A program made the translations under genes and the position numbers. A stretch of 64,000 nucleotides of DNA from Sneathiella sp. (GTDB taxonomy: Bacteria; Pseudomonadota; Alphaproteobacteria; Sneathiellales; Sneathiellaceae), in contig JBBDJF010000094.1 of NCBI GenBank assembly GCA_040880045.1, positions 10,008 through 74,007 on the forward strand. Direction: 5' to 3'. Below, in pieces: positions 28,708 to 40,524 of this stretch. Under the pieces are notes generated by a model, which ran no database searches, had not been told where the DNA came from, and saw only the letters and a list, made by a program, of their open reading frames with translations. Position 1 is the first letter of the stretch; every line of letters begins with the position of its first letter.

Positions 28708-29409
28708 ATGGTCTGGACCGCCCATATCTTGAGCCTTTTCCCGGAAATGTTTCCGGGGCCACTTGGGTTAAGCCTTGCGGGCAAGGGATTGGAAGAAGGT
28801 GCGTGGGACCTGAAGGTCAGCAACATACGCGATTTTGCCAAGGGCAAGCATCGTGTCGTTGATGACAGTCCTTTCGGCGGCGGTGCCGGAATGGTAATGC
28901 GACCGGACGTGCTGGCCCCTGCAATTGATGCGGCGCTGGCATCGACGGAAGGAATGATGCGGGTGATCTACTTCAGCCCTCGTGGCCGGGCCATCGATCA
29001 GGCCTTTGTGCGGGAACTGGCCGACGGACCGGGCGCGGTTATGGTCTGCGGTCGTTTTGAAGGGGTGGACGAGCGGGTGCTGGAAACCCGCAATGTGGAG
29101 GAAGTCAGCCTTGGCGACTTTATCCTGTCCGGTGGAGAGATTGCGGCGCTGGCGTTATTGGATGCGGTGGTTCGCCTTATTCCCGGTGTGACGGGGAACA
29201 GGGAATCGCTGGAAGAAGAAAGTTTTGCGGACGGGTTATTGGAATATCCCCATTATACCCGCCCACCGGTCTGGGAAGGCCGTTCGGTCCCGGAAGTTTT
29301 ACTGTCGGGGCATCATGAGAGAATACGGGAATGGCGACGACGCCAGTCCGAGGAATTGACAAAGGAACGAAGACGAGACCTGTGGGATCGTTGGAAGCGT
29401 AATTTTTGA
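28708..29409 (+). CDS. trmD: tRNA (guanine37-N1)-methyltransferase
   Basis: [50 protein letters not shown]. Confidence 0.97.
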   Translation: MVWTAHILSLFPEMFPGPLGLSLAGKGLEEGAWDLKVSNIRDFAKGKHRVVDDSPFGGGAGMVMRPDVLAPAIDAALASTEGMMRVIYFSPRGRAIDQAFVRELADGPGAVMVCGRFEGVDERVLETRNVEEVSLGDFILSGGEIAALALLDAVVRLIPGVTGNRESLEEESFADGLLEYPHYTRPPVWEGRSVPEVLLSGHHERIREWRRRQSEELTKERRRDLWDRWKRNF

Positions 29410-29425
29410 TAAAAGGGTGAAGACC

Positions 29426-29812
29426 ATGAATACGGTTGAAAAGCTAGAACAAGAGCAAATCGAGAAACTGGTGGCGGAGCGTCCCGTTCCCCAGTTCCGT
29501 GCCGGAGATACTCTTCGGGTCCATGTAAAAGTTGTTGAGGGCACGCGTGAGCGTATTCAGGCCTTCGAAGGCATTTGCATTGCGCGAAACGGCGGCGGTA
29601 TCAACGCAAACTTCACGGTACGGAAAATTTCCTACGGTGAAGGTGTGGAGCGTATTTTTCCGCTGTATTCACCGCGTATCGATCATATCGAAGTTGTTCG
29701 TCAGGGCGTTGTCCGCCGGGCAAAACTTTATTACCTGCGGGAACTGCGTGGTAAGAAGGCCCGTATCCGTGAGCGTCGCGAAGACCGCTACGGCAGCAAA
29801 ACCGCAAGCTAG
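29426..29812 (+). CDS. rplS: 50S ribosomal protein L19
   Basis: [38 protein letters not shown]. Confidence 0.98.
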   Translation: MNTVEKLEQEQIEKLVAERPVPQFRAGDTLRVHVKVVEGTRERIQAFEGICIARNGGGINANFTVRKISYGEGVERIFPLYSPRIDHIEVVRQGVVRRAKLYYLRELRGKKARIRERREDRYGSKTAS

Positions 29813-29894
29813 GCGAGCGGTTTCAAGAAACGCTGAAGATCGGGTTGCTGGTAAGTTTGTGACAGGATAAATTGACGGGATGCGAGGAAAGATA

Positions 29895-31301
29895 ATGGGA
29901 ACCCCTAGAACCTTGTACGATAAAATCTGGGACAGCCATGTTGTTGATCAACTGGATGGTGATTCCTATATTCTTTACATCGACCGCCATCTTGTTCATG
30001 AGGTTACCAGCCCGCAGGCCTTTGAAGGACTGCGGGTAGCAGGCCGAAAAGTAAGGCGTCCGGAAGCTACCTTTGCGGTTGCCGATCATAACGTGCCGAC
30101 CAAGGATATTGAAAAAGGGATTACCGATCCCGAAAGCAAGTTGCAGGTTGATACGCTTGAGGCCAATACGGCAGAATTCGGCGTCCCCTATTTCTCGATG
30201 ACCGATGACCGCCGTGGTATCGTGCATATTATCGGCCCGGAGCAAGGATTGACCCTGCCTGGTATGACCATCGTGTGCGGCGATTCCCATACCTCCACTC
30301 ATGGTGCGTTCGGTGCGCTCGCTCATGGTATCGGAACATCGGAAGTTGAGCATGTGCTGGCGACCCAGACTTTGGTTCAGGAAAAAGCCAGGAACATGCG
30401 CGTGACGGTCCATGGAGATCTTCCCCTCGGTGTGACAGCGAAAGATATCGCGCTCGCTATTATCGGCAAAATCGGAACTGCGGGCGGGACCGGCCATGTA
30501 ATTGAATATGCTGGTGATGCAATACGCGCCCTGTCTATGGAAGGCCGGATGACCCTCTGCAATATGACAATTGAGGCCGGCGCGCGCGCGGGCTTGATTG
30601 CGCCGGATGAGACGACGTTTGAGTATGTTAGGGGCCGCCCCTATGCGCCGAAAGCCGGAAGATATGAACAAGCTGTTGCCTATTGGAAAACGCTTAATTC
30701 CGACGAAGGCGCCAGGTTTGACAAGGAAGTCGAACTCGATGCGAGTGAACTGGTCCCGTATGTTACCTGGGGAACCAGCCCGGAAGACGCTCTGCCGATC
30801 ACCGGTTCTGTGCCGGCACCAGGTGACTTTGCTGATGAAGGCAAGCGCGGCGCGGCAGCACGGTCCCTCAAATATATGGGCCTGACAGCAGGCATGAAAC
30901 TTTCCGATATCGAGGTTGACCATGTCTTTATCGGATCCTGCACGAATGGCCGGATTGAAGATTTGCGTGCGGTTGCCAAGGTAGTCGAAGGTAGGAAAGT
31001 CAAGGATACAGTGAACGCGATTATTGTTCCGGGCTCCGGCCTTGTGAAAATTCAGGCGGAGGCGGAAGGTCTCGACAAAATATTTATCGATGCCGGATTC
31101 GAATGGCGCCAACCTGGCTGTTCGATGTGTCTTGCGATGAATGCAGACAAGCTAGATGCGGGGGATCGTTGTGCATCGACTTCCAATCGGAACTTTGAAG
31201 GCCGTCAGGGGCGTGGCGGTCGTACGCATCTTGTCAGCCCGGCTATGGCCGCGGCGGCCGCAGTGACCGGTCATCTGACAGACGTGCGGGAATTGGGATA
31301 A
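29895..31301 (+). CDS. leuC: 3-isopropylmalate dehydratase large subunit
   Basis: [39 protein letters not shown]. Confidence 0.98.
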   Translation: MGTPRTLYDKIWDSHVVDQLDGDSYILYIDRHLVHEVTSPQAFEGLRVAGRKVRRPEATFAVADHNVPTKDIEKGITDPESKLQVDTLEANTAEFGVPYFSMTDDRRGIVHIIGPEQGLTLPGMTIVCGDSHTSTHGAFGALAHGIGTSEVEHVLATQTLVQEKARNMRVTVHGDLPLGVTAKDIALAIIGKIGTAGGTGHVIEYAGDAIRALSMEGRMTLCNMTIEAGARAGLIAPDETTFEYVRGRPYAPKAGRYEQAVAYWKTLNSDEGARFDKEVELDASELVPYVTWGTSPEDALPITGSVPAPGDFADEGKRGAAARSLKYMGLTAGMKLSDIEVDHVFIGSCTNGRIEDLRAVAKVVEGRKVKDTVNAIIVPGSGLVKIQAEAEGLDKIFIDAGFEWRQPGCSMCLAMNADKLDAGDRCASTSNRNFEGRQGRGGRTHLVSPAMAAAAAVTGHLTDVRELG

Positions 31302-31313
31302 GGGAGCAAGAAA

Positions 31314-31919
31314 ATGGAAAAATTCAATAAACTGACGGCGGTTGCCGCGCCTATGCCCCTGGTTAATATCGACACGGATATGATCATTCCCAAACAGTAT
31401 CTGAAAACCATTCAGCGCAAGGGCCTCGGGAAGAATCTGTTCGCGGAAATGCGCTATAACGATGATGGCAGCGAGCAGGGTGATTTTGTCTTGAACCAGC
31501 CGGCTTACCGGAATGCGGAAATCCTCGTTGCCGGAGATAACTTCGGTTGTGGTTCAAGTCGAGAACATGCGCCCTGGGCGTTGCTCGATTTCGGGATACG
31601 CTGTGTGATTTCCACAAGTTTTGCCGATATCTTCCACAACAACTGTTTTCGAAACGGCATCCTGCCGATCGAGGTTTCTCATGAGGATCTTGAAAAACTC
31701 ATGGAAGATGCAGAACGCGGCGCCAATGCGACAATCTCGATAGATCTGGAAGCTCAGGAAATCCGGGGGCCGGACGGCGGTGTTATTCATTTCGACATAG
31801 ACCATTTTAACAAGCACTGCCTGTTGACGGGTCTTGACGAAATCGGCCTGACCATGAAGAAAGAAGACAAGGTCGCCGAGTATGAAGAGACCCGCAAGCT
31901 TAGCCAGCCCTGGCTTTAA
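31314..31919 (+). CDS. leuD: 3-isopropylmalate dehydratase small subunit
   Basis: [28 protein letters not shown]. Confidence 0.98.
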   Translation: MEKFNKLTAVAAPMPLVNIDTDMIIPKQYLKTIQRKGLGKNLFAEMRYNDDGSEQGDFVLNQPAYRNAEILVAGDNFGCGSSREHAPWALLDFGIRCVISTSFADIFHNNCFRNGILPIEVSHEDLEKLMEDAERGANATISIDLEAQEIRGPDGGVIHFDIDHFNKHCLLTGLDEIGLTMKKEDKVAEYEETRKLSQPWL

Positions 31920-31950
31920 ATCTCGTTCTGTTCTTTGAGAGTGTATTACG

Positions 31951-33063
31951 ATGGCATCTAATAAATCCCTATTGATACTGCCCGGTGACGGCATCGGCCC
32001 GGAAGCAATGAGCGAAGTACGTCGCATTGTTAGCTGGATGGAAGACAATCGCGCCGTTTCCTTCGATCTTGACGAAGGCCTCGTCGGCGGTTCCTCCATT
32101 GATGCGCATGGCATTCCGGTCACCGATGAAGTCGTCGAGAAAGCACAGAATGTGGACGCGGTGCTGCTCGGGGCTGTTGGCGGCCCGAAATGGGATAATC
32201 TTGATTTCTCGATCAAGCCTGAACGCGGCCTGTTACGTCTTCGTAAAGATCTCGAGCTATTTGCCAACCTGCGTCCGGCGGTTTGTTTTGACGCGCTGGT
32301 CGATGCGTCCAGCCTGAAGCCGGAACTGGTGAGCGGCCTTGATATCATGATTATCCGCGAACTGACGGGCGGCGTCTATTTTGGGGAGCCCCGCGGCATT
32401 GAGGATCTGGGGAACGGCATCCGCCGGGGTGTGAACACGCAGGTTTATACGACACCTGAAATCCACCGGGTTGCGCGCGTCGCGTTCGAGCTTGCCCGAA
32501 AGCGCAGTAATCGCGTTTGTTCCAGTGAAAAGGCCAACGTAATGGAATCTGGCGTTCTTTGGCGCGAGGAAGTCACGAAAATCCATGATACCGAATTCCC
32601 GGATGTGGAACTCAGCCATATGTACGCTGACGCTGCTGCCATGGAGTTGGTGCGTAAACCGAAACAGTTTGACGTTATTGTCACTGATAACCTCTTTGGC
32701 GATATCCTCTCCGATTGTGCGGCCATGTTGACCGGGTCTCTGGGGATGTTGCCTTCTGCATCGTTAGGCGATATTGACGAGACCGGTCGCCGCAAAGCCC
32801 TGTATGAACCGGTTCATGGATCGGCACCGGATATCGCAGGACAGGGCATTGCGAACCCGATTGCGACCATCCTTTCATACGCCATGGCGTTGCGATATAG
32901 CTTCGATATGGGCGATGAAGCGGACCTTGTGGAGACCGCAGTGCAAAAAGTCCTTGCAAGTGGCATCCGCACTGGCGATATCATGTCCAAGGGCATGACG
33001 CAGGTATCGACGATAGCAATGGGCGACGCCATTATCCGGGAGCTGGACAAGGCAAACGGATAG
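31951..33063 (+). CDS. leuB: 3-isopropylmalate dehydrogenase
   Basis: [38 protein letters not shown]. Confidence 0.98.
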   Translation: MASNKSLLILPGDGIGPEAMSEVRRIVSWMEDNRAVSFDLDEGLVGGSSIDAHGIPVTDEVVEKAQNVDAVLLGAVGGPKWDNLDFSIKPERGLLRLRKDLELFANLRPAVCFDALVDASSLKPELVSGLDIMIIRELTGGVYFGEPRGIEDLGNGIRRGVNTQVYTTPEIHRVARVAFELARKRSNRVCSSEKANVMESGVLWREEVTKIHDTEFPDVELSHMYADAAAMELVRKPKQFDVIVTDNLFGDILSDCAAMLTGSLGMLPSASLGDIDETGRRKALYEPVHGSAPDIAGQGIANPIATILSYAMALRYSFDMGDEADLVETAVQKVLASGIRTGDIMSKGMTQVSTIAMGDAIIRELDKANG

Positions 33064-33130
33064 ACCTGCGGAAAGTTCAATACATTTAACGCCCGGAGCG
33101 CCCGTTCCGGGACAATAAAGAGATAGGATC

Positions 33131-34153
33131 ATGGGATATAAAGTAGCCGTAGTCGGCGCCACTGGTAATGTGGGCCGCGAAATGCTGAACATTCTGCACG
33201 AAAGGCAGTTCCCCGTCACAGAAGTAGTCGCGCTGGCCTCAAAACGGTCTGTCGGGCGGGAGGTATCCTTTGGGGACAAGAACCTGAAGGTTCGGGCTCT
33301 GGACGACTTTAATTTCACAGGCATGGATTTCGCATTGTTTTCTGCGGGCGGCACGGTATCGGCTAAATTTGGCCCGCGGGCCGCGGCACAGGGATGTATT
33401 GTCATCGACAATTCCTCTCATTTCCGTATGGATCCGGATGTCCCGCTTGTCGTGCCGGAAGTTAATCCGGAGGCCGCCGCTGGTTATACGCGCAAGAACA
33501 TTATTGCGAACCCGAACTGCTCAACCGCGCAGCTCGTTGTCGCGTTGAAGCCCCTGCATGATGCCGCGGTTATCAAGCGCGTTGTCGTCTCGACGTATCA
33601 GTCGACTTCAGGCGCCGGAAATGAGGCGATGGATGAATTGTTCACCCAGACAAAGGGTATCTATGTGAATGACACGCCGACACCATCGAAATTCACCAAG
33701 CAGATTGCGTTCAACGTAATCCCGCATATTGATGTCTTTATGGACGACCGTTATACCAAGGAAGAATGGAAAATGATGGTCGAAACAAAAAAGATTATTG
33801 ATTCAAAAATCAAGCTGACTGCAACTTGTGTTCGCGTTCCGACATTTGTCGGCCATGCGGAAAGCGTCAATATCGAGTTTGAGAATGAGCTGACGGCAGA
33901 TCAGGCTCGGGACATCCTGCGTGAATCCCCGGGGATCATGGTAGTCGATAACCCGGAAGAAAACGGTTATGTGACGCCTGTTGAATGCGTTGGCGATTAT
34001 GCAACCTTTATTTCCCGTATTCGTGATGATGCAACCATCGAGAACGGCATCAATCTTTGGTGCGTGTCAGATAATCTCCGTAAAGGGGCCGCGCTCAACA
34101 CGGTGCAGATTGCAGAGCTTATTGGCCGGGAATATTTAAAAAAGGCGGCCTGA
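33131..34153 (+). CDS. asd: Aspartate-semialdehyde dehydrogenase
   Basis: VVGATGNVG, IIANPNCST, TCVRVP…GH, DNLRKGAALN. Confidence 0.98.
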   Translation: MGYKVAVVGATGNVGREMLNILHERQFPVTEVVALASKRSVGREVSFGDKNLKVRALDDFNFTGMDFALFSAGGTVSAKFGPRAAAQGCIVIDNSSHFRMDPDVPLVVPEVNPEAAAGYTRKNIIANPNCSTAQLVVALKPLHDAAVIKRVVVSTYQSTSGAGNEAMDELFTQTKGIYVNDTPTPSKFTKQIAFNVIPHIDVFMDDRYTKEEWKMMVETKKIIDSKIKLTATCVRVPTFVGHAESVNIEFENELTADQARDILRESPGIMVVDNPEENGYVTPVECVGDYATFISRIRDDATIENGINLWCVSDNLRKGAALNTVQIAELIGREYLKKAA

Positions 34154-34175
34154 TCTTCGGCCAGACTTCAAATTC

Positions 34176-34208
34176 AAGCTGACCGAAATTATTTCGGTCA
34201 GCTTTTTT
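34176..34208 (+). terminator. Intrinsic terminator after asd
   Basis: AAGCTGACCGAAAT-T-ATTTCGGTCAGCTT followed by TTTT. Confidence 0.85.
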
Positions 34209-34331
34209 GTTGATTCTGTGGTCATTTTTTTGCAGCTTTATTGCGTCGCAACAAAAACCTATTATGATGCGGTGGAAACCAACAGCTAGCGCACTGAAAT
34301 ATGAGAGGGCGTAAAGCCCAAGGGATAATTA

Positions 34332-35207
34332 ATGACAAAAGCAATACGCCCTCGTCGATCGGTTCTCTATATGCCGGGTTCAAATGCCCGCGCGCAGGAA
34401 AAAGCAAAATCTCTCGCGGCGGATGCCCTGATTCTCGATCTTGAAGATGCCGTTGCGCCGGACAAGAAGGCAGAGGCCCGGGAAATTGTCTGTGGCAACG
34501 CAGCGTCGGGTGGGTACGGAAAACGCGAGATCATCATCCGGGTGAATGGACTTGATACCTCTTGGGGCGAAGACGACATCGTTGCCGCCGCCAAAGCGGG
34601 ACCAGATGCAATTCTGCTGCCCAAGGTTGAGAGTGCGGGGCAGGTTAAGAAGCTTGAAGAAATCATGACGGCAGCAGGTGCGCCGGATGAAACGATGATC
34701 TGGTGTATGATGGAAACCCCGCTTGGTGTTCTGAAGGCGGAGGAAATTGCGTCTTCCAGCTCCCGGGTCGATTGCTTCGTCATGGGGACGTCGGACCTGG
34801 TAAAAGATCTTCAGGCGCAGCATACATCGCTCCGCTTACCGGTCATAACGTCGCTTGGACTATGCCTGCTGGCGGGCCGGGCATATGGCCTCACTGTGCT
34901 TGATGGTGTTTACCTTGATCTTGATGACGAAGATGGATTTTATGGCTCCTGTGTCCAGGGGCTGGAACTTGGATTCGATGGAAAAACCCTGATCCACCCG
35001 AAGCAGCTCGCCGCTACCAATGAGGTATTCGCGCCTTCGGAGGAAGAAGTCACACATGCCCGAAAGGTCATTACGGCCTTTGAAGCGGCGGAGAAGGAAG
35101 GTAAGGGCGTCGTTCTGGTGGACGGCAAGCTGGTCGAGAATCTTCACGTGAAAATTGCCAAGTCAAAGGTTGCCATGGCTGATGCTATCGCCGCAGCAGC
35201 AGAATAG
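34332..35207 (+). CDS. mcl2: CitE-family CoA ester lyase, (3S)-malyl-CoA thioesterase Mcl2-like
   Basis: RSVLYMPGS, DLEDAV, MMETP, GFDGKTLIHP, DGKLVENLH; adjacent to mch. Confidence 0.75.
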   Translation: MTKAIRPRRSVLYMPGSNARAQEKAKSLAADALILDLEDAVAPDKKAEAREIVCGNAASGGYGKREIIIRVNGLDTSWGEDDIVAAAKAGPDAILLPKVESAGQVKKLEEIMTAAGAPDETMIWCMMETPLGVLKAEEIASSSSRVDCFVMGTSDLVKDLQAQHTSLRLPVITSLGLCLLAGRAYGLTVLDGVYLDLDDEDGFYGSCVQGLELGFDGKTLIHPKQLAATNEVFAPSEEEVTHARKVITAFEAAEKEGKGVVLVDGKLVENLHVKIAKSKVAMADAIAAAAE

Positions 35208-35221
35208 GAAGCGTGACAACC

Positions 35222-36286
35222 ATGAGTAAAACCAACCCCGGCAATTATTTTGAGGATTTCAGGATCGGGCAGATTCTGGATCACGCAACCCCCCGCACGA
35301 TAACCGAAGGTGATGTTTCGCTCTATACGGCGCTGTATGGCGGACGCTTCGCCCTGCAATCGGCGGACAGTTTCGCGATGGAATGCGGCCTTGATGTCGC
35401 TCCGATTGATGACCTGCTGGTTTTTCACATAATATTTGGCAAAACTGTGCCTGGTATCTCACTGAACGCAGTGGCTAATCTTGGCTATGCGGATGTCCAG
35501 TTCAAAGGGCCTGTTTTTCCGGGCGATACGGTTCAGGCAAGCTCTGAAGTGATCGGGCTGAAGGAAAACTCCAACGGCAAGACAGGTGTCGTCTATGTGC
35601 GTTCGACGGGGACGAACCAGATGGGTGCGGTTGTTCTCGACTATGTCCGCTGGGTAATGGTTCGCAAGAAAGACGAAGCCGCTGCAGCGCCGGACGCCGT
35701 TGTGCCTGACTTGCCGGACCGTGTTGATCCGCGACAGCTTTCTGTGCCGGGTGGACTCGACTTTTCGGGCTATGACGCAACACTCGCGGGCTCTCCTCAC
35801 TATTTCGAGGACTATGAAATCGGCGAGAAAATCGATCATGTGGATGGCATGACGATTGAAGAAGCCGAACATATGATGGCGACCCGACTTTACCAGAACA
35901 CCGCCAAGGTCCATTTCAACCAGCATCAGATGCAGAATGATCGCTTTGGCCGCCGTTTAATTTATGGAGGGCATATAATCAGCCTGGCACGGGCGATAAC
36001 TTTTAATGGCCTTGGTAATGCCCAGCTTATTGCTGCCATCAACGGGGGATCACATACGGCACCAACCTTTGCCGGGCATACGATTTACGCCTGGAGCGAA
36101 ATTCTGGAGAAGGCCGAACTTTCAAATAGTCAGACGGCAGGTGCTCTTCGCATCCGTACATTGGCAACCAAAGATATGCCATGCAATGGCTTCCCGGATA
36201 AGACGGCGGATGGCAAGCGTGATCCATCTGTCGTTCTCGATCTAGATTACTGGGTTGTCATGCCAAAAAACGCGATCGCGGTATAA
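35222..36286 (+). CDS. mch: Mesaconyl-CoA hydratase (double MaoC fold)
   Basis: KTNPGNYFEDF…HATPRT, SLNAVANLGYA, HVDGMTIEEAEHMMATRLYQNTAKVHF. Confidence 0.88.
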   Translation: MSKTNPGNYFEDFRIGQILDHATPRTITEGDVSLYTALYGGRFALQSADSFAMECGLDVAPIDDLLVFHIIFGKTVPGISLNAVANLGYADVQFKGPVFPGDTVQASSEVIGLKENSNGKTGVVYVRSTGTNQMGAVVLDYVRWVMVRKKDEAAAAPDAVVPDLPDRVDPRQLSVPGGLDFSGYDATLAGSPHYFEDYEIGEKIDHVDGMTIEEAEHMMATRLYQNTAKVHFNQHQMQNDRFGRRLIYGGHIISLARAITFNGLGNAQLIAAINGGSHTAPTFAGHTIYAWSEILEKAELSNSQTAGALRIRTLATKDMPCNGFPDKTADGKRDPSVVLDLDYWVVMPKNAIAV

Positions 36287-36386
36287 ATAGATTAAAGGTT
36301 ATGTTGACTTGAAAGGGCGGAGGATTAAACTCCACCGCGAAAAAGAACAACAAATATGAAAACTACTCAGCGAGAAAGATTTTCTC

Positions 36387-36776
36387 ATGGCGAATATTGA
36401 ACGACCGCTGTCGCCGCATCTGCAGATTTACAAACCTCAGATCACGATGGTTACCTCGATTACGCATCGCGCGACGGGCGTTGCACTAAGTGTCGGTACA
36501 TTGTTGCTGACCTGGTGGCTGATTGCCGTCGTAAGTGGACCGGAGGCGTACGCAACTGTAAGTGCGTTTATCTCGTCCTGGTTTGGGCAATTGGTATTGT
36601 TTGGCTTTACCTGGTCACTGTTTTATCACCTGTGCAACGGTATTCGGCATCTGTTCTGGGATATGGGCAAGGGGTTTGAACTTCCGACGATGAGGAAAAC
36701 CGGCATGGCAGCCATTATCGCCTCTGTTGTTCTGACGCTCCTGACCTGGATAATCGCCTACGGAATGGGGGCCTGA
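36387..36776 (+). CDS. sdhC: Succinate dehydrogenase cytochrome b556 subunit
   Basis: RPLSPHLQIY, SITHRATG, HLCNGIRHLFWD. Confidence 0.97.
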   Translation: MANIERPLSPHLQIYKPQITMVTSITHRATGVALSVGTLLLTWWLIAVVSGPEAYATVSAFISSWFGQLVLFGFTWSLFYHLCNGIRHLFWDMGKGFELPTMRKTGMAAIIASVVLTLLTWIIAYGMGA

Positions 36777-36778
36777 TC

Positions 36779-37159
36779 ATGGGAATGAAAGCACCGCTTA
36801 AAAAAGTCCGGGGCCTTGGTTCCGCCAAGGACGGGACAACCCACTGGTGGCACCAGAAAGTCACTGCACTTGCAATGATACCTCTGTTTGTAATTGCGCT
36901 TGCCTATGTGATAAGTCTCGTCGGTGCGGATTATACGCATGTGCGATATGTTCTTGGAACACCGGTTGCCGCGCTTGTCATGCTGCTGTTGATTGTCGTG
37001 ATGTTCTATCACATGAAGCTCGGCCTTCAGGTCGTCATTGAAGATTATATTCATACTGAAAGCACGAAAATCGTTCTCTTGCTGCTTAACAGTTTCTTGT
37101 GTGCGGTTGTTGGATTGGCCGCTGCTCTGGCCATATTGAAGCTGGCGCTTGGGAGTTAA
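36779..37159 (+). CDS. sdhD: Succinate dehydrogenase membrane anchor
   Basis: [27 protein letters not shown]. Confidence 0.96.
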   Translation: MGMKAPLKKVRGLGSAKDGTTHWWHQKVTALAMIPLFVIALAYVISLVGADYTHVRYVLGTPVAALVMLLLIVVMFYHMKLGLQVVIEDYIHTESTKIVLLLLNSFLCAVVGLAAALAILKLALGS

Positions 37160-37169
37160 AGTACAAAAC

Positions 37170-38963
37170 ATGTCTGAAGCCTATCCTATTACAGAACATA
37201 AATATGACGTGGTTGTTGTCGGCGCCGGCGGTGCGGGTTTGCGGGCAACCATGGGCATGGCGGCTGCGGGCCTGAAAACGGCCGCGATCTCTAAGGTTTT
37301 TCCAACACGTAGCCATACTGTTGCCGCGCAAGGCGGCATTTCGGCGTCGCTCGGCAACATGGGTGAAGATAGCTGGCAATGGCATATGTATGACACCGTC
37401 AAGGGTTCCGATTGGCTCGGAGATCAGGACGCCATCGAGTATATGTGCCGCGAGGCTCCCGCCGCTGTGTTGGAACTTGAACAGTTCGGTATGCCGTTCA
37501 GCCGTACAGAGGAAGGCAAGATCTATCAGCGCGCCTTTGGCGGTATGACGACGCAATTTGGCGAAGGCCCCGCCGCGCAGCGGACATGCGCCGCCGCAGA
37601 CCGGACCGGCCATGCCATGCTGCATACGCTGTACAGCCAGTCGCTCAAGCATGACACGGAATTCTTTATCGAGTATTTCGCGCTTGATCTGATCATGGAT
37701 AAGGACGGTGCTTGCAAGGGCGTACTTTGCCTTTGCCTCGAAGATGGCACATTGCATCTTTTCCGGGCACATATGGTCGTTCTGGCCACGGGTGGCTACG
37801 GCCGTTCTTTCTTCTCCTGCACCTCTGCGCATACATGTACAGGCGACGGTGGCGGTATGGTCCTCCGCGCCGGTCTGCCGCTTCAGGACATGGAGTTTAT
37901 CCAGTTCCATCCGACAGGTATCTATGGTGCCGGCTGCCTGATTACCGAAGGTGTGCGCGGTGAAGGAGGCTTCCTTGTCAATGGTGAAGGTGAACGTTTC
38001 ATGGAGCGGTATGCGCCCCATGCCAAAGACCTTGCCAGCCGTGACGTTGTCAGTCGTTCCATGACAATCGAGATACGCGAGGGGCGCGGTGTCGGCCCCC
38101 GCAAGGATCATATCTATCTGCATCTCGACCATCTTGATCCGGCAATGATTGACGAGCGGCTTCCGGGCATTTCGGAAAGCGCAAGAATTTTTGCGGGCGT
38201 TGACGTGCATAAGGATCCGATCCCGGTTCTGCCGACCGTGCATTACAATATGGGCGGCATTCCGACGAACTATCGTGCGGAAGTCGTCAATCTGAAAGAC
38301 GGCGATCCGGACAGTATCGTTCCGGGCCTGATGGCGGTTGGCGAAGCTGCCTGTGTGTCGGTACATGGTGCGAACAGATTGGGGTCGAACTCCCTGATTG
38401 ACCTTGTCGTCTTCGGTCGTGCTGCGGCGCTCAGGGCGAAGGAAATTGTCAAGCCGGGGCAAGCCCATTCACCACTTCCGGCGGATGCCTGTGATGCATC
38501 ATTGGCAAATCTTGATAGGTTTCGCTATGCAAAGGGTGGCAGTTCGACAGCAACTGTGCGCGATAATATGCAACGGGTGATGCAGGATGACTGCGCCGTC
38601 TTCCGGACCAGCAAGACGCTGCTTGAAGGTGTCGGCAAGATCAACAAGGTCTGGGACCAGATGGCCGATATCAAGACCACGGATCGTTCGCTGGTCTGGA
38701 ATTCTGATCTTGTAGAAACGTTGGAGCTGGATAATCTCATCCGTCAGGCCGTCGTCTCCATGACAGCGGCGGAAAACCGCAAGGAAAGCCGCGGCGCTCA
38801 TGCGCATGAGGATTTCCCCGATCGCGATGATGAAAACTGGATGAAACATACACTGACTTATCATAGCGATGAGGAAGGCGTGAAACTCGACTATCGTCCA
38901 GTCCATGATTATACGCTGACGGAAGAGATTGATTATATTAAACCAAAAGCACGTGTGTATTAG
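37170..38963 (+). CDS. sdhA: Succinate dehydrogenase flavoprotein
   Basis: [33 protein letters not shown]. Confidence 0.98.
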   Translation: MSEAYPITEHKYDVVVVGAGGAGLRATMGMAAAGLKTAAISKVFPTRSHTVAAQGGISASLGNMGEDSWQWHMYDTVKGSDWLGDQDAIEYMCREAPAAVLELEQFGMPFSRTEEGKIYQRAFGGMTTQFGEGPAAQRTCAAADRTGHAMLHTLYSQSLKHDTEFFIEYFALDLIMDKDGACKGVLCLCLEDGTLHLFRAHMVVLATGGYGRSFFSCTSAHTCTGDGGGMVLRAGLPLQDMEFIQFHPTGIYGAGCLITEGVRGEGGFLVNGEGERFMERYAPHAKDLASRDVVSRSMTIEIREGRGVGPRKDHIYLHLDHLDPAMIDERLPGISESARIFAGVDVHKDPIPVLPTVHYNMGGIPTNYRAEVVNLKDGDPDSIVPGLMAVGEAACVSVHGANRLGSNSLIDLVVFGRAAALRAKEIVKPGQAHSPLPADACDASLANLDRFRYAKGGSSTATVRDNMQRVMQDDCAVFRTSKTLLEGVGKINKVWDQMADIKTTDRSLVWNSDLVETLELDNLIRQAVVSMTAAENRKESRGAHAHEDFPDRDDENWMKHTLTYHSDEEGVKLDYRPVHDYTLTEEIDYIKPKARVY

Positions 38964-38981
38964 GCGCGTTGGGGATTAGGC

Positions 38982-39758
38982 ATGGCTGAACTGACATTAC
39001 CCAAAAACTCGAAAGTCGGCACGGGCAAGACATATCCGGAGCCGGAAGGGGCAACCAATCTCAAGACATTTAACGTCTATCGCTGGTCGCCGGATGACGA
39101 CAAAAATCCGGCCATTGATACCTATCATGTTGATCTTGATACCTGTGGCCCGATGATTCTGGACGGGCTGATCAAGATCAAAAACGAGATTGATCCGACG
39201 CTGACCTTCCGCCGTTCCTGCCGGGAGGGGATTTGTGGCTCCTGCGCGATGAATATTAACGGCACCAATACACTGGCCTGTACAACGGGGATGGACGAAG
39301 TTGATGGCGCGATCAATATCTATCCGTTGCCGCATCAGCCGGTGGTGAAGGATCTGGTGCCGGATCTTACCAATTTCTATGCGCAATATGCGTCCATCCA
39401 GCCCTGGCTTCAGGCGGAAACGCCGTCGCCGTCCAGGGAACGGCTGCAATCGAAAGAGGATCGGGAAAAGCTCGACGGGCTCTATGAATGTATTCTCTGC
39501 GCCTGCTGCTCGACATCCTGCCCGAGCTACTGGTGGAATTCCGACCGGTTCCTGGGGCCGGCCATTCTTTTGCAGGCTTATCGCTGGATCATTGACAGCC
39601 GCGATGAACATACCGGGGAGCGCCTCGATAACCTCGAGGACCCCTTCCGGCTTTATCGCTGCCATACCATCATGAACTGCACCAACACCTGCCCGAAGGG
39701 CTTGAACCCGGCAAAAGCCATCGCCGAGATCAAGAAAATGATGGTGGAACGCCGCTAA
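38982..39758 (+). CDS. sdhB: Succinate dehydrogenase iron-sulfur subunit
   Basis: [34 protein letters not shown]. Confidence 0.98.
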   Translation: MAELTLPKNSKVGTGKTYPEPEGATNLKTFNVYRWSPDDDKNPAIDTYHVDLDTCGPMILDGLIKIKNEIDPTLTFRRSCREGICGSCAMNINGTNTLACTTGMDEVDGAINIYPLPHQPVVKDLVPDLTNFYAQYASIQPWLQAETPSPSRERLQSKEDREKLDGLYECILCACCSTSCPSYWWNSDRFLGPAILLQAYRWIIDSRDEHTGERLDNLEDPFRLYRCHTIMNCTNTCPKGLNPAKAIAEIKKMMVERR

Positions 39759-39781
39759 TTTGAAAGAAAATTTAATGGATT

Positions 39782-39810
39782 AAAGGCTGTTTTTTTAAGC
39801 AGCCTTTTTT
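39782..39810 (+). terminator. Intrinsic terminator after sdhB
   Basis: AAAGGCTGTTT…AAGCAGCCTTT followed by a T-run. Confidence 0.75.
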
Positions 39811-39842
39811 AGAAGAATTGACACCATTTTTACGAGATTTTT

Positions 39843-40424
39843 ATGGTTCAAAAAGCTATTGAAAAGAAGTTTTTGCTTATTTTGATAATAAGTTTTGTCA
39901 TCAATCTAGCGGCTTGTGCAACCGAAAGAACGGCAGCTGGTGATCCGATCGAAAAAGGTACCGTAGAATACGGTATATCTGCGGAGGAGCGCGTTAAATT
40001 GGATAGCATACCGATTTCAATTAGATTGTGGCAGGACAAACATATACGCTCACTAGGCCACGATCCAAATGATGCGCGTATTATAGAAATAAATTTAGAG
40101 CAGGACCTACAAAGTTCCAGGTCATTGTTTATCAGATCTTTTGAAGAGGTCGGAGATCAATATGTTCAGCAGCAAAATGGCAGGCCACTTGACTATAAAG
40201 CAATAGATAATCTGGATTACGTGGGAAGAATTCACTCTGGTTTCCTTGATTTAAATTTTGCTATATTTCTTGTGGAATTTAAGCAGTCTGATAAATCCAC
40301 GAAAATTTCAGTTTTGGCGATCGCATTCGAAGGTTTAATTAAGCAAAATACTATCGGGGCGGCTATTGAACGGCTGACAAAAAGTATGGAAGAAAAATCA
40401 GGGGGAAAGATTAATTGGCAGTAA
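39843..40424 (+). CDS. Uncharacterised AT-rich lipoprotein
   Basis: KK, hydrophobic core, lipobox LAA-C. 193-aa ORF that is visibly more AT-rich than its neighbours. Confidence 0.7.
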   Translation: MVQKAIEKKFLLILIISFVINLAACATERTAAGDPIEKGTVEYGISAEERVKLDSIPISIRLWQDKHIRSLGHDPNDARIIEINLEQDLQSSRSLFIRSFEEVGDQYVQQQNGRPLDYKAIDNLDYVGRIHSGFLDLNFAIFLVEFKQSDKSTKISVLAIAFEGLIKQNTIGAAIERLTKSMEEKSGGKINWQ

Positions 40425-40482
40425 CTGGCTCCATCAAATAGGAAAAATTGGCGCTGGAATTCATCCATTTTGTCGATAAAGT

Positions 40483-40511
40483 GAGGCCGCTCTTTGAGGC
40501 GGCCTCTTTTT
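40483..40511 (+). terminator. Intrinsic terminator after the AT-rich lipoprotein gene
   Basis: GAGGCCGC-N8-GCGGCCTC followed by TTTTT. Confidence 0.7.
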
Positions 40512-40524
40512 ATGGAATAAACGA

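Noticed and set aside
36282-36309. TTATGTTGACT resembling the XerD arm of a dif site
   Set aside because: No XerC-like arm at the 6-bp spacing; better explained as the -35 (TTGACT) of the sdh promoter.
37086-38468. 460-aa antisense ORF over sdhA; similar ones over leuC (29823-31112), ccmF/G (16992-17978) and sucA (47122-47991)
   Set aside because: Shadow ORFs produced by the codon bias of conserved genes on the opposite strand; no recognisable motifs.
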